A stretch of 38,081 nt of DNA from the NCBI RefSeq assembly GCF_006345805.1, contig NW_021835816.1, forward strand, positions 1-38,081, given 5' to 3'. Positions 35,291 to 38,081 of the stretch are shown piece by piece. The notes beneath the pieces were generated by a model. That model saw only the letters and a list, made by a program, of their open reading frames with translations, made no database searches and was not told the DNA's origin. How positions within the stretch are numbered: the stretch's first letter is position 1; every line of letters begins with the position of its first letter. This DNA is from Octopus sinensis. Lineage: Eukaryota. A program made the position numbers and the translations under genes.

Positions 35291-35669
35291 GGAGGCGCAA
35301 TGGCCCAGTGGTTAGGGCAGCGGACTTGCAGTCGTAGGATCGCCGTTTCGATTCCCAGACCGGGCGTTGTGAGTGTTTATTGAGCGAAAACACCTAAAGC
35401 TCCACGAGGCTCCGGCAGGGGATGGTGGTGATCCCTGCTGTACTCTTTCACCACAACTTTCTTCTCACTTCTTCCTGTTTCTGTTGTACCTGTATTCAAG
35501 GGGCCGGCCTTGTCACTCTCTGTGTCACGCTGAATATCCCCGAGAACTACGTTAAGGGTGCACGTGTCTGTGGAGTGCTCAGCCACTTACACGTTAATTT
35601 CACGAGCAGGCTGTTCCGTTGATCGGATCAACCGGAACCCTCATCGTCCTAACCGACGGAGTGCTTCCA
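35291..35669 (+). mobile_element. tRNA-derived SINE, family E, with probable 13-bp TSD
   Basis: A box TGGCCCAGTGG, B box GTTTCGATTCC; GTGTGTGCATGCA at 35276-35288 and 35673-35685. Confidence 0.8.
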
Positions 35670-36019
35670 TTCGTGTGTGCATGCATGTGTATGGGTATAT
35701 GTATGTATGCGTGTGTTTTCTTTCTGTCCAAAATATTCACCTCTACACTTCTTAATGTATCCTGGCTTTAAACAACCATTGACTATTGACAAATCTATTA
35801 AGACGAACACTTTGTTGTTATATTTTATTAAATGTTCATATCGATTCTGTTGGTTCTTTATAAAAGCAAAATATATTGTTTGGAAGTAAGCAATTATGGC
35901 TGTCAAAAGTAATTACCTGTAGCGTGGAAATAGAAGTGAATAGTTCAGATAACAGTGTGTATATCATTTATGATGTATAATGTATACACATATGTAGAAA
36001 AGCTGTAGCTGTAGGATAA

Positions 36020-36754
36020 ATATACACATGCAAAACAGCATTAGGTTAAAATATTTTCTCTTTAGAGACATTGTGTGTTAAAAACACAAGATATGCTCTG
36101 AATGGCATCAGCAGACCATCAGACACACATGTTTTGGGTAAATTTTGTCCTGTCAGTGATGGAAACACCCATTCTTTTGGAACTGTCTAGGAGCTCTAAT
36201 TCCTATATAGATCTTACCAAATTTGCTGGTTTGGCAGAAGCTGGCCAGGCTGAAACAGCTTTAGGTTAAAATAACTTCTCTGTAGAGACTTGATGTGTTA
36301 AAAACACAAGATGTTCTAAATAGAATCAGTAGACCATCAGACACTGCTGTTTCAGGTTTATTTTTACTGCATCAGTGATGGATACACTTGGTTATTTAGA
36401 GCTGGCTTGGAACTTTTATTCCTATACAGAAATTAACAAAAATTAACATGAAATATTTGTAGGTTAGTGTGAAAGTTGGTCAAACTTTAATCAATATACA
36501 CATGCATAACTTCATTAAATGAAAAATTACTTCTCTTTAGAGACTTCACGTGCTAACAAAACCAAAATGCTCTGAATGATATCAGCAGACCATCAGACAC
36601 CACAGTTTTAGTTTAATTTTACTTCATCAGAGATGGACACTCCTAGACACTTTGAGCTAGATAGCAACTTTTATTCATAAAAAGAAATCAAGATATCAAA
36701 CATTTGCTGGTTTGTGCAGAGGTTGGTCAGGCTTCAGTTAAATAAATATACACA
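36020..36754. repeat. Three diverged ~225-250-bp tandem units
   Basis: TTCTCT(T/G)TAGAGAC, CAG(C/T)AGACCATCAGACAC and TCAG(T/A)GATGGA each recur three times. Confidence 0.8.
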
Positions 36755-37178
36755 GGCGCAGGAGTGGCTGTGTGGTAAGTAGCTTGCTAACAAACCACAT
36801 GGTTCCGGGTTCAGTCCCACTGCGTGGCATCTTGGGCAAGTGTCTTCTGCTATAGCTTCGGGCCGACCAATGTCTTGTGAGTGGATTTGGTAGACGGAAA
36901 CTGAAAGAAGCCTGTCGTATATATGTATATATATATATGTGTGTCTATGTGTGTGTTTGTGCGTCTGTGTTTGTCCCCCCTAGCATTGCTTGACAACCGA
37001 TGCTGGTGTGTTTACGTCCCCATCACTTAGCAGTTTGGCAAAAGAGACCGATAGAATAAGTACTGGGCTTACAAAGAATAAGTTCCGGGGTCGATTTGCT
37101 CGACTAAAAGGCGGTGCTCCAGCATGGCTGCAGTCAAATGACTGAAACAAGTAAAAGAGTAAAAGAGAGTAAAGAGTA
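36755..37178 (+). mobile_element. SINE family A
   Basis: Full consensus. Confidence 0.92.
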
Positions 37179-38081
37179 CTTAAAACAGCATTGATTTTTT
37201 AAAATTATGTGTATATAATTTATAATATATATATATATAAATACGAGACTGGGCTGGCTATTGAATATACAGTGATACAAAAATATAACATGAGATAATT
37301 TGAGGTTAGTTGGGGGTTTTAATGTACATCACCTTTATAAAATGTTTATCTTCTCTCTGTCCCTCATATTTACCAAGTTCATAACCATGTGATTTGGGGT
37401 TCAGTCCAACTGTGTGGCACCCAGGGCAAGTATCGTTTATATATACATGTACGTATGTATATGTGTGTGTATGTGTGTGTATAGTTGTATTGATGAATGT
37501 GTGTCTTTGTGTCTGTGCTTGTCCCAATCATCACTTGAAAACTGGTGTTGGTGTGTTTATGTCCCTATAAGTGGAGAGGGATTTTTACAGTGAAGATTGG
37601 AACTAAACAACACTGCTTGAATGACAGGTGCTCTCGTTTACAACTATCATTCAATGTCAGGCCAAGGAGACACTAACATGCACACCCATGCATACACGCA
37701 CATACACACAGACACACACACGCACACACACATACACACACACATACACACACACACAAACACACATACATGATGATATAGTTTGGACAGCTTGGCAAAT
37801 CAGTCTTAACAAAAAATACTAAACACTGGGGTCAATTTGCTCGACTAGAATGCTTCAATGCAGTGCTCCAGCATGGCCACAGCCTAATGAATGAAACCAA
37901 CAAAAAAAAAAGAATCATCAAAGGAAATGCAGTTTTTAGAGTACATTTTTGGATAACTTATGAGATTCTGCTAAATATCAAAAGTCAACAGCAAAATGTG
38001 TTTCTGAAAAATCCAGAATCGTATTAAGATTTTGTGAAGATGCAATGAGAGAAGATGAGTCTAAACTTAACTCTCCCAAGA

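Overview
AT-rich, repeat-saturated animal non-coding DNA (intron or intergenic). The tRNA-derived SINE families, RTE-type 3' ends and long (TA)n/(TAA)n/(CAT)n tracts resemble octopod cephalopod genomes; that is recognition, not a database result. No host protein-coding gene can be supported, and most ORF-track entries are translated microsatellites or SINEs. Transposon coding content: a nearly intact 5'-truncated R4/Dong-type RLE non-LTR retrotransposon in a (TAA)n tract (24456-26644), plus relics of RTE, CR1/L2-like, Penelope-like (GIY-YIG) and Tc1 elements. The main discovery is a 4.1-unit tandem array of a ~353-bp monomer inserted in (TA)n (33376-34834). Each unit carries a minus-strand type I hammerhead ribozyme with a palindromic stem III (intact core in 2 of 4 units), the architecture of a non-LTR retrozyme that makes circular RNA. 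Also notable: further decayed Penelope-type hammerheads, a ~1.2-kb inverted duplication, a nested fold-back complex and an exact 103-bp templated insertion inside a SINE. Coordinates were counted by hand; ends of degenerate repeats are approximate.
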